This document shows positions 1-8,651 of a stretch of DNA of 64,000 nucleotides, piece after piece. Below the pieces are notes generated by a model that had not been told where the DNA came from, did not search any database, and saw only the letters and a list, made by a program, of their open reading frames with translations. Position 1 is the first letter of the stretch; every line of letters starts with the position of its first letter. Source of the DNA: an uncultured Gammaproteobacteria bacterium (lineage in GTDB: Bacteria; Patescibacteriota; Microgenomatia; UBA8517); assembly GCA_964502815.1 (NCBI GenBank), contig CAZCXV010000003.1:4694-68693 (forward strand). The letters are read 5' to 3'. A program made the position numbers and the translations under genes.

Positions 1-95
1 TGGCTAATAAAAGCGAGAAACGAGCAATCGAGGGTGATAACGCTATACAGCTCAACCTTTTTGAAACATTTAAGGAACGTAAACGACTAGAGGTA

Positions 96-578
96 ATGCG
101 AATGGAGGTAAGACTTAACAAACGACAGAAAATAGGACAGCTTTTCCGTACGCTTGGTATTACATCTGACTTGACCCTAAAAAATCTATTTAGCACAACA
201 ATCGCTCAAAAGGTCTTGCTTCATTATCTTGACGAACTTGAAAGCAAACGGTTACCCTTATTAGACTACAAACAGACAAACTCCAACTCATTGTTGACAG
301 ACCTTATAATTAATAACCCGAATATCGGTATACGAAAAACGATACAACTATTTGGATTAAAACAGGCATTTGATAGTACAACCCCTCGTGACCTTAGGAG
401 TATGTTTGGCAGATACGGTCAAAGAAGTTGGTACAGGCTGGTTGCAGAAGCCAAAACAATAAAGCTACCAAATACTAAAAGCCCTCTTGGGATAGTCCGT
501 GAACATTTGACCCGTTTTGAACCCTTAAAACTAGTTGATTTTCAACAACAAATGTTAAATAATGATAAATATAACTAA
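96..578 (+). CDS. Hypothetical protein (element-associated)
   Basis: 160-aa ORF with no recognisable motif. It is immediately upstream of, and overlaps, the Xis-like gene. Confidence 0.35.
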   Translation: MRMEVRLNKRQKIGQLFRTLGITSDLTLKNLFSTTIAQKVLLHYLDELESKRLPLLDYKQTNSNSLLTDLIINNPNIGIRKTIQLFGLKQAFDSTTPRDLRSMFGRYGQRSWYRLVAEAKTIKLPNTKSPLGIVREHLTRFEPLKLVDFQQQMLNNDKYN

Positions 579-756
579 TATGGCAGAAGAACAATACTAT
601 TCTATTGCAGAGGTCTCCAAGATATTAAAGGTCGCTTATTTGACTGTTTACCGATGGATACAGGCTAAGCACCTTGTTGCTCTGAAAGCAGGCAAACAAT
701 ATAGAATTAAAAAGGAAGATTTAGAGACATTCCTTAGAAGATATAGGCATAAATAA
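562..756 (+). CDS. Excisionase/MerR-like helix-turn-helix DNA-binding protein
   Basis: 64-aa protein. YSIAEVSKILKVAYLTVYRWIQ...KAGKQYRIKKEDLETFL matches the excisionase-family HTH pattern. Confidence 0.6.
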   Translation: MINITNMAEEQYYSIAEVSKILKVAYLTVYRWIQAKHLVALKAGKQYRIKKEDLETFLRRYRHK

Positions 757-757
757 T

Positions 758-1360
758 ATGTATTGCAATAATTGTGGAAAACATAATCCAGAGGACAGTA
801 AATTTTGTAAATACTGTGGGGCTGAAATCGTAAGCGTGTCAGCAGACCATAAAGCCGACAGTCGTGCTCAGTCAGAAGTCAAACCATCAGAAGCAGAGCC
901 TACTGGAAAGAATAAGGCAGGACTAACTGGCTGGTTGGCATTAGTTGGATTGGGCTTGATTGTTGGGGTTTTTATACAAGGATATGGGGTGTTGGAATAT
1001 TTGCCATTATTGTCTGAAGTTTACGAAATTCCAGGGTATTCAACTCTTCTTCAACTTGAGTTCCTTTGTAGCATCATATTTACTGGATTTACTGCATATC
1101 TTCTCTACTTATATCTCAAAAAAAACGAGAAGTTTCCAAAGTACTATTTCGTATTCCTAATCGCATCAATCATTTATGTAATACTTGACCATCTGTTTCT
1201 CGCTTCGTTAAGTGCCCCTACCACAGAACTGCAAAATCTTATCAACGACGGTTTATCAGAAAACATGGCAACAGTTAGTAGAACAGTCATAACTTCCATA
1301 ATTTGGGCTTTGTATATCAAAAAATCAAAACAGGTTAAAGCAACATTTACCAATAAATAA
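758..1360 (+). CDS. Zinc-ribbon domain membrane protein (paralog 1 of 5)
   Basis: N-terminal MYCNNCGKHNPEDSKFCKYCGAEI, i.e. CxxC-x10-CxxC, followed by about 4 hydrophobic helices. Confidence 0.6.
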   Translation: MYCNNCGKHNPEDSKFCKYCGAEIVSVSADHKADSRAQSEVKPSEAEPTGKNKAGLTGWLALVGLGLIVGVFIQGYGVLEYLPLLSEVYEIPGYSTLLQLEFLCSIIFTGFTAYLLYLYLKKNEKFPKYYFVFLIASIIYVILDHLFLASLSAPTTELQNLINDGLSENMATVSRTVITSIIWALYIKKSKQVKATFTNK

Positions 1361-1362
1361 AT

Positions 1363-2049
1363 ATGTACTGTAATAAATGTGGTAAACAAATTGAAGAAGA
1401 TAGCATTTTTTGTCAATTCTGTGGCAACAGGATGGCTGACAATAGCCCAGAGCCACAATCAGAAAAAGCCTCTCAGACAGAAAATGTTTCTAAAAAAACA
1501 GTTAATAAAAGTAAATCTGATTTATTGTGGGATAAATTCGCAGAGGTTTATGATGCCAAGGACGACGAGCGAGAAAAATTTAATCAATTATCCTCAGAGT
1601 ACATTTGGGATTTAATTGAACGATTGTACACAAACGCATTTGAAACGTTTATACAGGAGAAAAAAAGCGAGTTAAATTCTCAACCATATAAGGCAATCGA
1701 GGCTTTGAAAAATCTGTATTTATATTCTGTTCTTGGCGGATATAAGTTATGGATTGCAGAAGCCTTATTGAAAGATAGGCAACTAGAAAAGTTTAAGCCT
1801 TTTGACATAGATAAATTTGTAGAAGAATGGAAAGCTAATGATTTCCAAAAAGTAATGAAGAGTATTTCTGATGAAATGAGTGTTTGTATGACGAGGTATC
1901 TTGAACACAGAATAAGTAATTTTCTGGAAAACTCACCTTCAATAAAAGACATACCAAATTCCACAATGGAAGAATTGAAAAGCTCAATAACTTTTCAGAT
2001 TATAAATGGTTACATTGCAGGAGAAGTAGAAGCAAAATTTAGAAAATAA
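1363..2049 (+). CDS. Zinc-ribbon domain protein (paralog 2), soluble C-terminal domain
   Basis: N-terminal MYCNKCGKQIEEDSIFCQFCGNRM. The start is 3 nt after the previous stop. Confidence 0.6.
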   Translation: MYCNKCGKQIEEDSIFCQFCGNRMADNSPEPQSEKASQTENVSKKTVNKSKSDLLWDKFAEVYDAKDDEREKFNQLSSEYIWDLIERLYTNAFETFIQEKKSELNSQPYKAIEALKNLYLYSVLGGYKLWIAEALLKDRQLEKFKPFDIDKFVEEWKANDFQKVMKSISDEMSVCMTRYLEHRISNFLENSPSIKDIPNSTMEELKSSITFQIINGYIAGEVEAKFRK

Positions 2050-2050
2050 T

Positions 2051-2587
2051 ATGATTTGTAATAACTGCCAAACAGAAATACCAGATAACGCAAAGTTCTG
2101 TAATAAATGTGGACAAAAAACAGACGATGCGAATAGGCCTATCTCTAATCCGAAAAAGAATGGGAAATCTATACTAACGGGTGTGGTTTCTGTTATCGTA
2201 TTTTTATTGGCATTTGGTGTGGTTCGCTACCTCACCCAGGAAGTTATTTCACCTTCAGGAAGTAGTACCTCAAAGGCAGAACTTATTAGTCAGACCGTCA
2301 AAGAAGTTAAAGCCAGTATGTCATTACCAAGTCAAGTAGATGAAGCAACAACATTAGTTGATATTACGGCAGAGTTAAACGCTATTCGTTATCACTATGT
2401 TCTTTCAGGTCTTGATACGAATAACTTATCAAACGACTATTTGAAAACCTATTTAGGTACAAGTATTTGTCAAAACAAGGACACTAAAGCACTTCTTAAT
2501 CAAGATATTAATATGGAATATTCATATTCAGTCAAAAGCTCAACCAAAAAATACTTTATAAGTTTTACGAAAACAGATTGTAACTAA
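2051..2587 (+). CDS. Zinc-ribbon domain protein (paralog 3), single TM plus extracytoplasmic domain
   Basis: N-terminal MICNNCQTEIPDNAKFCNKCGQKT, with a TM segment VVSVIVFLLAFGVV. Confidence 0.6.
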   Translation: MICNNCQTEIPDNAKFCNKCGQKTDDANRPISNPKKNGKSILTGVVSVIVFLLAFGVVRYLTQEVISPSGSSTSKAELISQTVKEVKASMSLPSQVDEATTLVDITAELNAIRYHYVLSGLDTNNLSNDYLKTYLGTSICQNKDTKALLNQDINMEYSYSVKSSTKKYFISFTKTDCN

Positions 2588-2596
2588 ATAACTCTT

Positions 2597-2977
2597 ATGG
2601 ATTGTAATAATTGCCAGAACACAAACAGTAAAGATGCAAAGTTTTGCGTACATTGTGGCTCTGAACTTTCAAAAGGCAAAATTGAGGTTGAGGAAGGCTC
2701 AGTTGATAGATATTTTGCAGAACAAAAAGCAAATTTTATTGAAGAAGCTAAAAGACTCGCTGATGGTGAGATGAAACAAGGTGTTGTTTGGTTTGTTATT
2801 GCATTAGTAATAACTTTTGGAAGTTATCTTTTTGCATCCGAAGGTGGAACTTATTACGTTTTTTGGGGTGCGATGATTTACGGCATTTACAGATTAATCC
2901 GAGGCTTTTGGTACAAACTTAATCCAAAATCGCTTCTCAACAAAGCAGAGGAAGAAGCAAAAAAAGAAAAACAATAA
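2597..2977 (+). CDS. Zinc-ribbon domain protein (paralog 4), 2 TM
   Basis: N-terminal MDCNNCQNTNSKDAKFCVHCGSEL. Confidence 0.6.
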   Translation: MDCNNCQNTNSKDAKFCVHCGSELSKGKIEVEEGSVDRYFAEQKANFIEEAKRLADGEMKQGVVWFVIALVITFGSYLFASEGGTYYVFWGAMIYGIYRLIRGFWYKLNPKSLLNKAEEEAKKEKQ

Positions 2978-2978
2978 T

Positions 2979-4298
2979 ATGTATTGTAAAAAATGCGGTA
3001 AGGAAAATCCTGAAAGAAGCAAGTTCTGTCAGCATTGTGGAATACAGTTTAACGAACGAACATCTTCAGCCAATACTGCCAATGAGAGTAGTTCAGTAAA
3101 TGAATACATAGCCGTAAACAACCCTCCATATCCCTACGTTATTTCAATATGGAAACTTATAATAATGTGTGTCTTTACTTTCGGTTTTTATGAAATCTAC
3201 TGGTTTTATAGGCAATGGAAATCCTTCAATACAGTTAATAATTTGAAACACGGAAGTTCTACTCTTTGGGTTTACTCACTCTTTGCTCCTCTATCCTCAT
3301 ATTCATTATTCAAACACATTTCAGGTAAGGTTAAGGAAACAAACAACGACAAAGGGATAGAAGCAGGTGGTCTGGCAATTGTATACTTTTTTCTCACACG
3401 ATTTTGGCTGGGGTTCATACCTCTAATTTCTGTCCAAAATAAAATTAATCATTATTGGGAAAAGAAGTACGGCAATAAGCTTGTTAGGTCTAATTTTGGG
3501 GTTTGGAACTGGATTGTTGTTGTTGCGGTAGCATTAGTGCTCATTTATGCTATCTCTTCCGAAGAAACCACCACTAGCACAACATCAGATACCTCCACAA
3601 GCACATCAGTTGTCGAAAAATATAATCAAGAAGAGATTGTCTCATCTGTAGTAAATATTTTCTGTCCGAGTATTGTTGAAGGAGAAGAAGGAACTGGAGG
3701 CTCTGGAACGATAATTACCAAAGAAGGAATAATTCTTACCAATTCTCATATTATTCCTCAAGATGAGAAATATATTAACGTTGATGAAAAAGGTTGTTTA
3801 GTTATACTACCAAATTCAAGCACAGGACAACCTGAAGAAATGTATTGGGCAACTCCAATAGTTCTTCCTGAAATTAGCGACACATACGACTTAGCATATT
3901 TATCTATTTATGCCGCCTATTACGACGAGGAAAGTAAGGAATATAAAGGAAGTTATCCTCGCACCTTTCCTGCTTTTGATGACAGTAGTAGATGTGTTGA
4001 CGAAAACGTAAAACTTGGAGAAAAAGTGACCATATTCGGATACCCTTCTCTAAGTGGGGGTTATTCTTTAACTGTAACAGACGGACTTGTTAGTAGCTTC
4101 CCTGGTGAAGGTCTTATTGTTACATCTGCGAAAATTAGCGAAGGCAACTCTGGTGGTTTGGCTGTAGATGCAAAAGGTTGTATGTTGGGCATTCCTTCTA
4201 TGATTAGCTATGACGAAACTGAAAGTTTGGGTGTAATTATTTCATCAGATTTAATTGTTAAATTTTCAGATGAAGTCTCAAAATATTTAGAACAATGA
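2979..4298 (+). CDS. Zinc-ribbon / DUF4234-like TM / trypsin-like serine protease fusion (paralog 5)
   Basis: N-terminal MYCKKCGKENPERSKFCQHCGIQF. A YEIYWFYRQW TM region and an S/T-rich linker follow. The C-terminal domain carries GNSGGLAVDAKGCMLGIPS, close to the chymotrypsin-fold GDSGGP motif. Confidence 0.6.
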   Translation: MYCKKCGKENPERSKFCQHCGIQFNERTSSANTANESSSVNEYIAVNNPPYPYVISIWKLIIMCVFTFGFYEIYWFYRQWKSFNTVNNLKHGSSTLWVYSLFAPLSSYSLFKHISGKVKETNNDKGIEAGGLAIVYFFLTRFWLGFIPLISVQNKINHYWEKKYGNKLVRSNFGVWNWIVVVAVALVLIYAISSEETTTSTTSDTSTSTSVVEKYNQEEIVSSVVNIFCPSIVEGEEGTGGSGTIITKEGIILTNSHIIPQDEKYINVDEKGCLVILPNSSTGQPEEMYWATPIVLPEISDTYDLAYLSIYAAYYDEESKEYKGSYPRTFPAFDDSSRCVDENVKLGEKVTIFGYPSLSGGYSLTVTDGLVSSFPGEGLIVTSAKISEGNSGGLAVDAKGCMLGIPSMISYDETESLGVIISSDLIVKFSDEVSKYLEQ

Positions 4299-5767
4299 AA
4301 GCAATAATTTTAGCCAGAGTATCAGATAAAAAACAGGACTCCAACGAAGCTCAAATTCTTCGGGTTTCAGATTACGTTAAAAACAAACAACTAATTGTTT
4401 GGAAAACGTACGAAATAGAAGAAAGCTCAACAAAAGGTGATAGAGAAAAATTTCAAGCTGTAGTTGAAGAAATTCAACAAGCCAACGAGCCTATTGCCCT
4501 TGTTGTAGATACCGTAGATAGACTTCAAAGAAGCTTTAAGGAGTCCGTTCAACTGGACGACCTACGTAAAGCAGGCAAACTCGAAATTCATTTTTACAGA
4601 GAAAGTTTAGTCATTAACCAAAACTCGAATAGCTCTGACCTACTTCGATGGGATATGGCTGTAATGTTTGCTAGAAGTTATGTTCTTCAATTAAGCGATA
4701 ACGTCAAAAGAAAACAAGAGCAAATGCTTAGAAGTGGTATTTACCCAAGCCAACCTCCTTATGGTTACAAGCGGGTTCCTGTTGCAAAAGACAAAACCGA
4801 AATAGTTATTGACGAGTATGCTTCAAAAATTGTCCAAAAAGCCTACGAATGGTACGCAACGAGTAGTTTTTCAATGGAATTATTACGAGAGAAACTAAAA
4901 AAGGAATATGGCGTTAATTGGTCAAAAGGTTTTATAGATAAGGTACTGAAAAACGACTTTTATTACGGTCTTATGACTTGGAATAAAGGGAAATCAAACG
5001 AGAAAACATACACGCACAATTATCCTCATATAATCGAGAAACCTTTGTTCGACCAAGTACAGAAAATAAAAGCAGGATTTAACAAGAAACCTTTTAAGTA
5101 CGCAGGTAAACCTTATATCTACCGAGGATTACTGAGATGTGGTCATTGTGGACTAGCTGTGACCCCAGAAAAGCACAAAGGGCACGTCTATTACCATTGT
5201 ACTCAATACAACGGCAAACACGGGGCTGAATGGCTACGAGAAGAAACAATAACAGAACAAATAGGTAATGTATTTAAAAAGCTACAAGTCCCTGATTACA
5301 TATTAGAGCAGATAGTAACTTCCCTACAGGTTAGTCACGAAGGCAAGGCAGATTTTCGAGAAACCCAATACAAGCAACTTACAGAAGAACATGAGGTATA
5401 TACCAAAAGATTAGAAAAAATCTACATCGATAGACTGGACGGGCGTATTACTGACAATGAGTATGACAAGTTCTATCAGTCATTTCGTGACAAGATATCT
5501 GAAATTGATACCCGACTGGCAATACTCCAAGAAGCAGACGACAACTACTACATCACGGCTAGATACCTGCTAGAACTGGCAAATCGGGCTTATGAGCTTT
5601 TCAAAAGTTCAGAAGTTGAAGAAAGAAGGCGGTTAATTAAGCTCGTGCTATCGAACCTTAGAGTAGAAGACAAAATAGTGCGATTTGATGCGATAAAACC
5701 ATTCGACACAATCTTAAATTATGCCGATAGTCAACTATGGCTCCCCGAACAGGATTTGAACCTGTGA
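4295..5767 (+). CDS. Large serine recombinase (resolvase/invertase N-domain, recombinase domain, C-terminal zinc ribbon)
   Basis: MKAIILARVSDKKQ carries the catalytic Ser region. CGHCG...YYHC forms the zinc ribbon. At 490 aa it is the size of phage-type serine integrases. The ATGA start overlaps the upstream gene. Confidence 0.85.
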   Translation: MKAIILARVSDKKQDSNEAQILRVSDYVKNKQLIVWKTYEIEESSTKGDREKFQAVVEEIQQANEPIALVVDTVDRLQRSFKESVQLDDLRKAGKLEIHFYRESLVINQNSNSSDLLRWDMAVMFARSYVLQLSDNVKRKQEQMLRSGIYPSQPPYGYKRVPVAKDKTEIVIDEYASKIVQKAYEWYATSSFSMELLREKLKKEYGVNWSKGFIDKVLKNDFYYGLMTWNKGKSNEKTYTHNYPHIIEKPLFDQVQKIKAGFNKKPFKYAGKPYIYRGLLRCGHCGLAVTPEKHKGHVYYHCTQYNGKHGAEWLREETITEQIGNVFKKLQVPDYILEQIVTSLQVSHEGKADFRETQYKQLTEEHEVYTKRLEKIYIDRLDGRITDNEYDKFYQSFRDKISEIDTRLAILQEADDNYYITARYLLELANRAYELFKSSEVEERRRLIKLVLSNLRVEDKIVRFDAIKPFDTILNYADSQLWLPEQDLNL

Positions 5768-5812
5768 CCAATCGCTTAACAGGCGAGTGCTCTACCGCTG
5801 AGCTATCGGGGA
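5738..5812 (-). tRNA. tRNA-Asn (anticodon GTT), CCA encoded
   Basis: I folded the cloverleaf manually. The acceptor stem is TCCCCGA/TCGGGGA and the D-stem GCTC/GAGC. The anticodon loop is CTGTTAA and the T-arm is ACAGG-TTCAAAT-CCTGT. Confidence 0.85.
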
Positions 5813-5961
5813 TTATTGTCACCGACAAACTATGCTTATCGGGGACTGTTGATAACAGGCTTATTATAGCAAACGGGATTGTGACTTGGAAGGCTAATTG
5901 GTCTTGCAGATTGTAGGATAATTGACATAAATGTCTGTTTTTTGCTAAGCTTAGTAAAATA

Positions 5962-6498
5962 ATGAAAATAAAATCCTTTGTTTTTCTTTTAACTGTTTTT
6001 CTCCTTTCTTTTTCTGCAACCTCTGTTCTTGCTCAAGACGCAACTCCCAAGGTAGGCAAAAGACTTGGAGAGCTTAAAATGAAGGCTTGCCAGTCACACG
6101 AGGAATCTTTGCAACAAAGAATGACTAAACTAACCAATATGACGACAAATATGCAAAACAAGTTTGCAGCCCACGCTCAGAGAGTAGAAGATTATTACAC
6201 AGACAAAGTTATTTCTGCTGGCAAAACTGTTGCCAATTATGATCAGTTAGTGGCTGATGTCGAAAACAAAAACACTAAAGTTTCTGAAAGTCTGGCTCAA
6301 GCCCAAACAACCGCCAATAACTTTAGTTGTGAGGCAGAAAATCCAAAACAGGTTTTAACCTCCTTTAGAAAAGATATGCAAAGCACCAAAATGGCTCTGA
6401 AAGAATATCGAATAGCAATTAAAAATCTAATTGTTGCAGTTAGGGGAGTTGCAAAGACTTCCGAAAGTCCAACAGCAACTAGTGTGCCAGCAGAATAA
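5962..6498 (+). CDS. Secreted hypothetical protein (signal peptide, coiled-coil-like)
   Basis: MKIKSFVFLLTVFLLSFSATSVLAQ is a signal peptide. There is no catalytic motif. Confidence 0.45.
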   Translation: MKIKSFVFLLTVFLLSFSATSVLAQDATPKVGKRLGELKMKACQSHEESLQQRMTKLTNMTTNMQNKFAAHAQRVEDYYTDKVISAGKTVANYDQLVADVENKNTKVSESLAQAQTTANNFSCEAENPKQVLTSFRKDMQSTKMALKEYRIAIKNLIVAVRGVAKTSESPTATSVPAE

Positions 6499-6501
6499 AA
6501 G

Positions 6502-6720
6502 ATGAAAAATATAGCAATACTTTTACTCGTTTTTGTTTTAGGAATTTTAGTTTTTGTTGGGCTTACTCTAAATAAAAAGAATCAGGCAGTTGTCCAAAAG
6601 CCAACTGGAATTGAATCTGTTAGTGGATTGGATACGGTTTCAAAACAGCTTGATGGGGAAAACCTTAACCAAATTGATCAAGACTTGGATAGTTTGTCTT
6701 CAGATTCCACCTCTTTTTAA
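6502..6720 (+). CDS. Small membrane-anchored hypothetical protein
   Basis: A single N-terminal TM helix and an acidic tail. Confidence 0.3.
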   Translation: MKNIAILLLVFVLGILVFVGLTLNKKNQAVVQKPTGIESVSGLDTVSKQLDGENLNQIDQDLDSLSSDSTSF

Positions 6721-7094
6721 GGGAACCAGTCAATTGGGGTTTTGTCGTCTGGCTCGCCGTTGTAGTTGACTGTTATTTCTTCACCTTTTTTGATTTGTTT
6801 CAAGGCTCTATAAACCATAGTATTGTCTCTAAAGTTTTGCTTCCAGTCTGCATTTGGAAAGTGTGAATGGTTATACATTGATCCGTAGCCCCAGACTACA
6901 GCTGCACTCCTGGTACTTCTCCAGGGATAGACATATCTAAGCATTTCTGTTTTTTCAACCTGTTTTCTCTCTTTTGGTGTAAGCTTTAAAATCGGAGCCT
7001 TTTCAATTAGATCGCCTTCCTTGAAGTTTTTCATAGCAACAACCCCTTTACCCTTTTTGGGAGAAATATATTTGATTTCAACTTTGTAACGCAT
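6717..7094 (-). CDS. SET-domain protein (putative lysine methyltransferase)
   Basis: GKGVVAMKNFKEGDLI matches the N-SET GxG motif. YNHSHFPNADW matches NHSCxPN. GEEITVNY matches the ELTxDY-like C-terminal motif. The protein is 125 aa. Confidence 0.7.
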   Translation of the reverse strand: MRYKVEIKYISPKKGKGVVAMKNFKEGDLIEKAPILKLTPKERKQVEKTEMLRYVYPWRSTRSAAVVWGYGSMYNHSHFPNADWKQNFRDNTMVYRALKQIKKGEEITVNYNGEPDDKTPIDWFP

Positions 7095-7121
7095 AGGTAG
7101 AATTGGCTAACAGTATCTAGA

Positions 7122-8651
7122 TTACTGTAAATATTGTCTTTTCTCAACCGTTATTTTTCCAATTTCCATAGTTTCAAGTATTTTAGTGTTGGCAAAGTTT
7201 TTCATCCACTTTCCATATCTGTCTATATCTACAACGGGTTCTTTTATCAAGAAAAGTAGTTTGTCGCAACCAAGAGTTGGGGTGTTGTAATTAAACTCTC
7301 CTCCTGGAATATAAACATACTTGTGGGACTTTGGATACACTTCATAGTGGCAGGGAACGTGACCATATTTGTTTTTTCCTCTCCACCAAAATAGATAGTC
7401 ATAGGGATAATCAAAGAAAGAGTTGGTCATATAAATATAGGCATTAAAGCCATTTTCTTCGTTTTTTGAGTAAATCCAGTCAATAACTTGTATCTGATTA
7501 ATCAGAAGCCCAGGATCATTAGAAGGCTTTAGATACTCTATATATCTAGGGATAAAGATTAATAGTTGACTTACAAAAATAACCGCAAGTATCGGAATTG
7601 AGACGTACTTTTTAATTTGCGACAAGAGCATAAAAAGGCTAATAAGTATTAAGGTTGGCAAGAAAACTGTATGCCAGTCTTTCCAACCTTTGTTGGTGGA
7701 GAAGAAAAGATAAGAAACTATGAAAAGAAAACTAGTAAGATAAATAAAACCAACTACATAGCTGTTTTTCTTTTTTGCTCTAGTAAAAAAGAAAATTACT
7801 ATTGTTAGTATCACCAAGCTAACAACTAGGCTTTGGGGGAAAATGGAATCGGTTAGTATTTTGCCAAAATTGGTTAGGTTAGCAAAAAAGTTAGTTCCAG
7901 AAAATATGCCTCTGGCTGATTCCAGTTGATCCGAGTTTCTAAAAACTGAGATTGCCTGTTTTGCTACAATTAAACCGGTAAGCCCCGGGAGTGTATAGGT
8001 GGTAAGGAGATAATTTTTGATTGTTAACCTCTTTTCTATGGTTGACCACAAGCCAAAAGCTGCAAAGAAAATAAACAACGCTGCTGCCGAAGCTAAATCT
8101 GCATTGAAAGAAAGAATAACTGGAATAATACAAAGATAATAATATTTTTTGCTTTTTGTTTCTAAAAATAAAACCAAAAGAAACAAAAGTGTTACTGCTA
8201 GAAAAACAGTTGGAAAGGGATTAAAGGCATATCTGGAGGTGTTAAAAAATAGCCAGAAGAACTGTAAGGCGATACTTACTAGATATGCATAGGTTTTTAA
8301 AATGTGTTTATGGAAAAACAAAAAAACAATTACCATCAGGCAGGTATTTAGGAGAATTAACACAAATACTCCACCTATTGGATGGCCTTGGAAAAGAAAA
8401 TAGCCAGGGGAAAGAAAGTAATACCATAAAGGTCCTGTATAAATGCCTGCAATTGTTGTTTCAGGACCTTTTTTGATTAGTTGTTGTCTTTCGACTATTT
8501 CCCGAACGTAAACTGCGTCCCTGCCTTGATCCATAGTGAAGAAGAAATTATTTCCCAGAATTGGTATGATGCGAATAGTAAATGAAACTAAAACTAAAAA
8601 TATCAAAAACAACTTGGTTTTTGTCGGTAATTGTTTTACTTGGTTTAGCAT
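7122..8651 (-). CDS. Polytopic membrane GT-C-like glycosyltransferase family protein (paralog A)
   Basis: TM1 is followed by a DQGRD loop motif, many TM helices and a C-terminal soluble domain. It is homologous to the divergent neighbour. Confidence 0.5.
   Translation of the reverse strand: MLNQVKQLPTKTKLFLIFLVLVSFTIRIIPILGNNFFFTMDQGRDAVYVREIVERQQLIKKGPETTIAGIYTGPLWYYFLSPGYFLFQGHPIGGVFVLILLNTCLMVIVFLFFHKHILKTYAYLVSIALQFFWLFFNTSRYAFNPFPTVFLAVTLLFLLVLFLETKSKKYYYLCIIPVILSFNADLASAAALFIFFAAFGLWSTIEKRLTIKNYLLTTYTLPGLTGLIVAKQAISVFRNSDQLESARGIFSGTNFFANLTNFGKILTDSIFPQSLVVSLVILTIVIFFFTRAKKKNSYVVGFIYLTSFLFIVSYLFFSTNKGWKDWHTVFLPTLILISLFMLLSQIKKYVSIPILAVIFVSQLLIFIPRYIEYLKPSNDPGLLINQIQVIDWIYSKNEENGFNAYIYMTNSFFDYPYDYLFWWRGKNKYGHVPCHYEVYPKSHKYVYIPGGEFNYNTPTLGCDKLLFLIKEPVVDIDRYGKWMKNFANTKILETMEIGKITVEKRQYLQ

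Larger units (their letters stand above)
1..5767 (+). mobile_element. Putative integrated element (left boundary outside the window): hypothetical protein, Xis-like HTH, 5 zinc-ribbon paralogs, large serine recombinase ending inside tRNA-Asn
   Basis: An excisionase-family HTH ORF and a 490-aa serine recombinase are present. The last 30 nt of the recombinase CDS overlap the 3' part of tRNA-Asn on the opposite strand. The cargo is a tightly packed paralog array. Confidence 0.55.

Noticed and set aside
960-1458. Short ORFs 960..1160(+) and 1174..1458(-) overlapping the zinc-ribbon genes
   Set aside because: They are fully embedded in, or antisense to, much better-supported CDSs and have no motifs. 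They are probably spurious open frames in AT-rich DNA. The same applies to the other 60-110-aa antisense ORFs in the track, e.g. 7939..8133, 9145..9486, 17736..18056, 19694..19939, 34204..34536, 39089..39700 and 57624..58037.
5923-5960. TTGACA at 5924 as a -35 for the 5962 gene
   Set aside because: No acceptable -10 sits at 16-19 bp spacing (CTAAGC), and TAAAAT lies too far downstream. It is not supportable.
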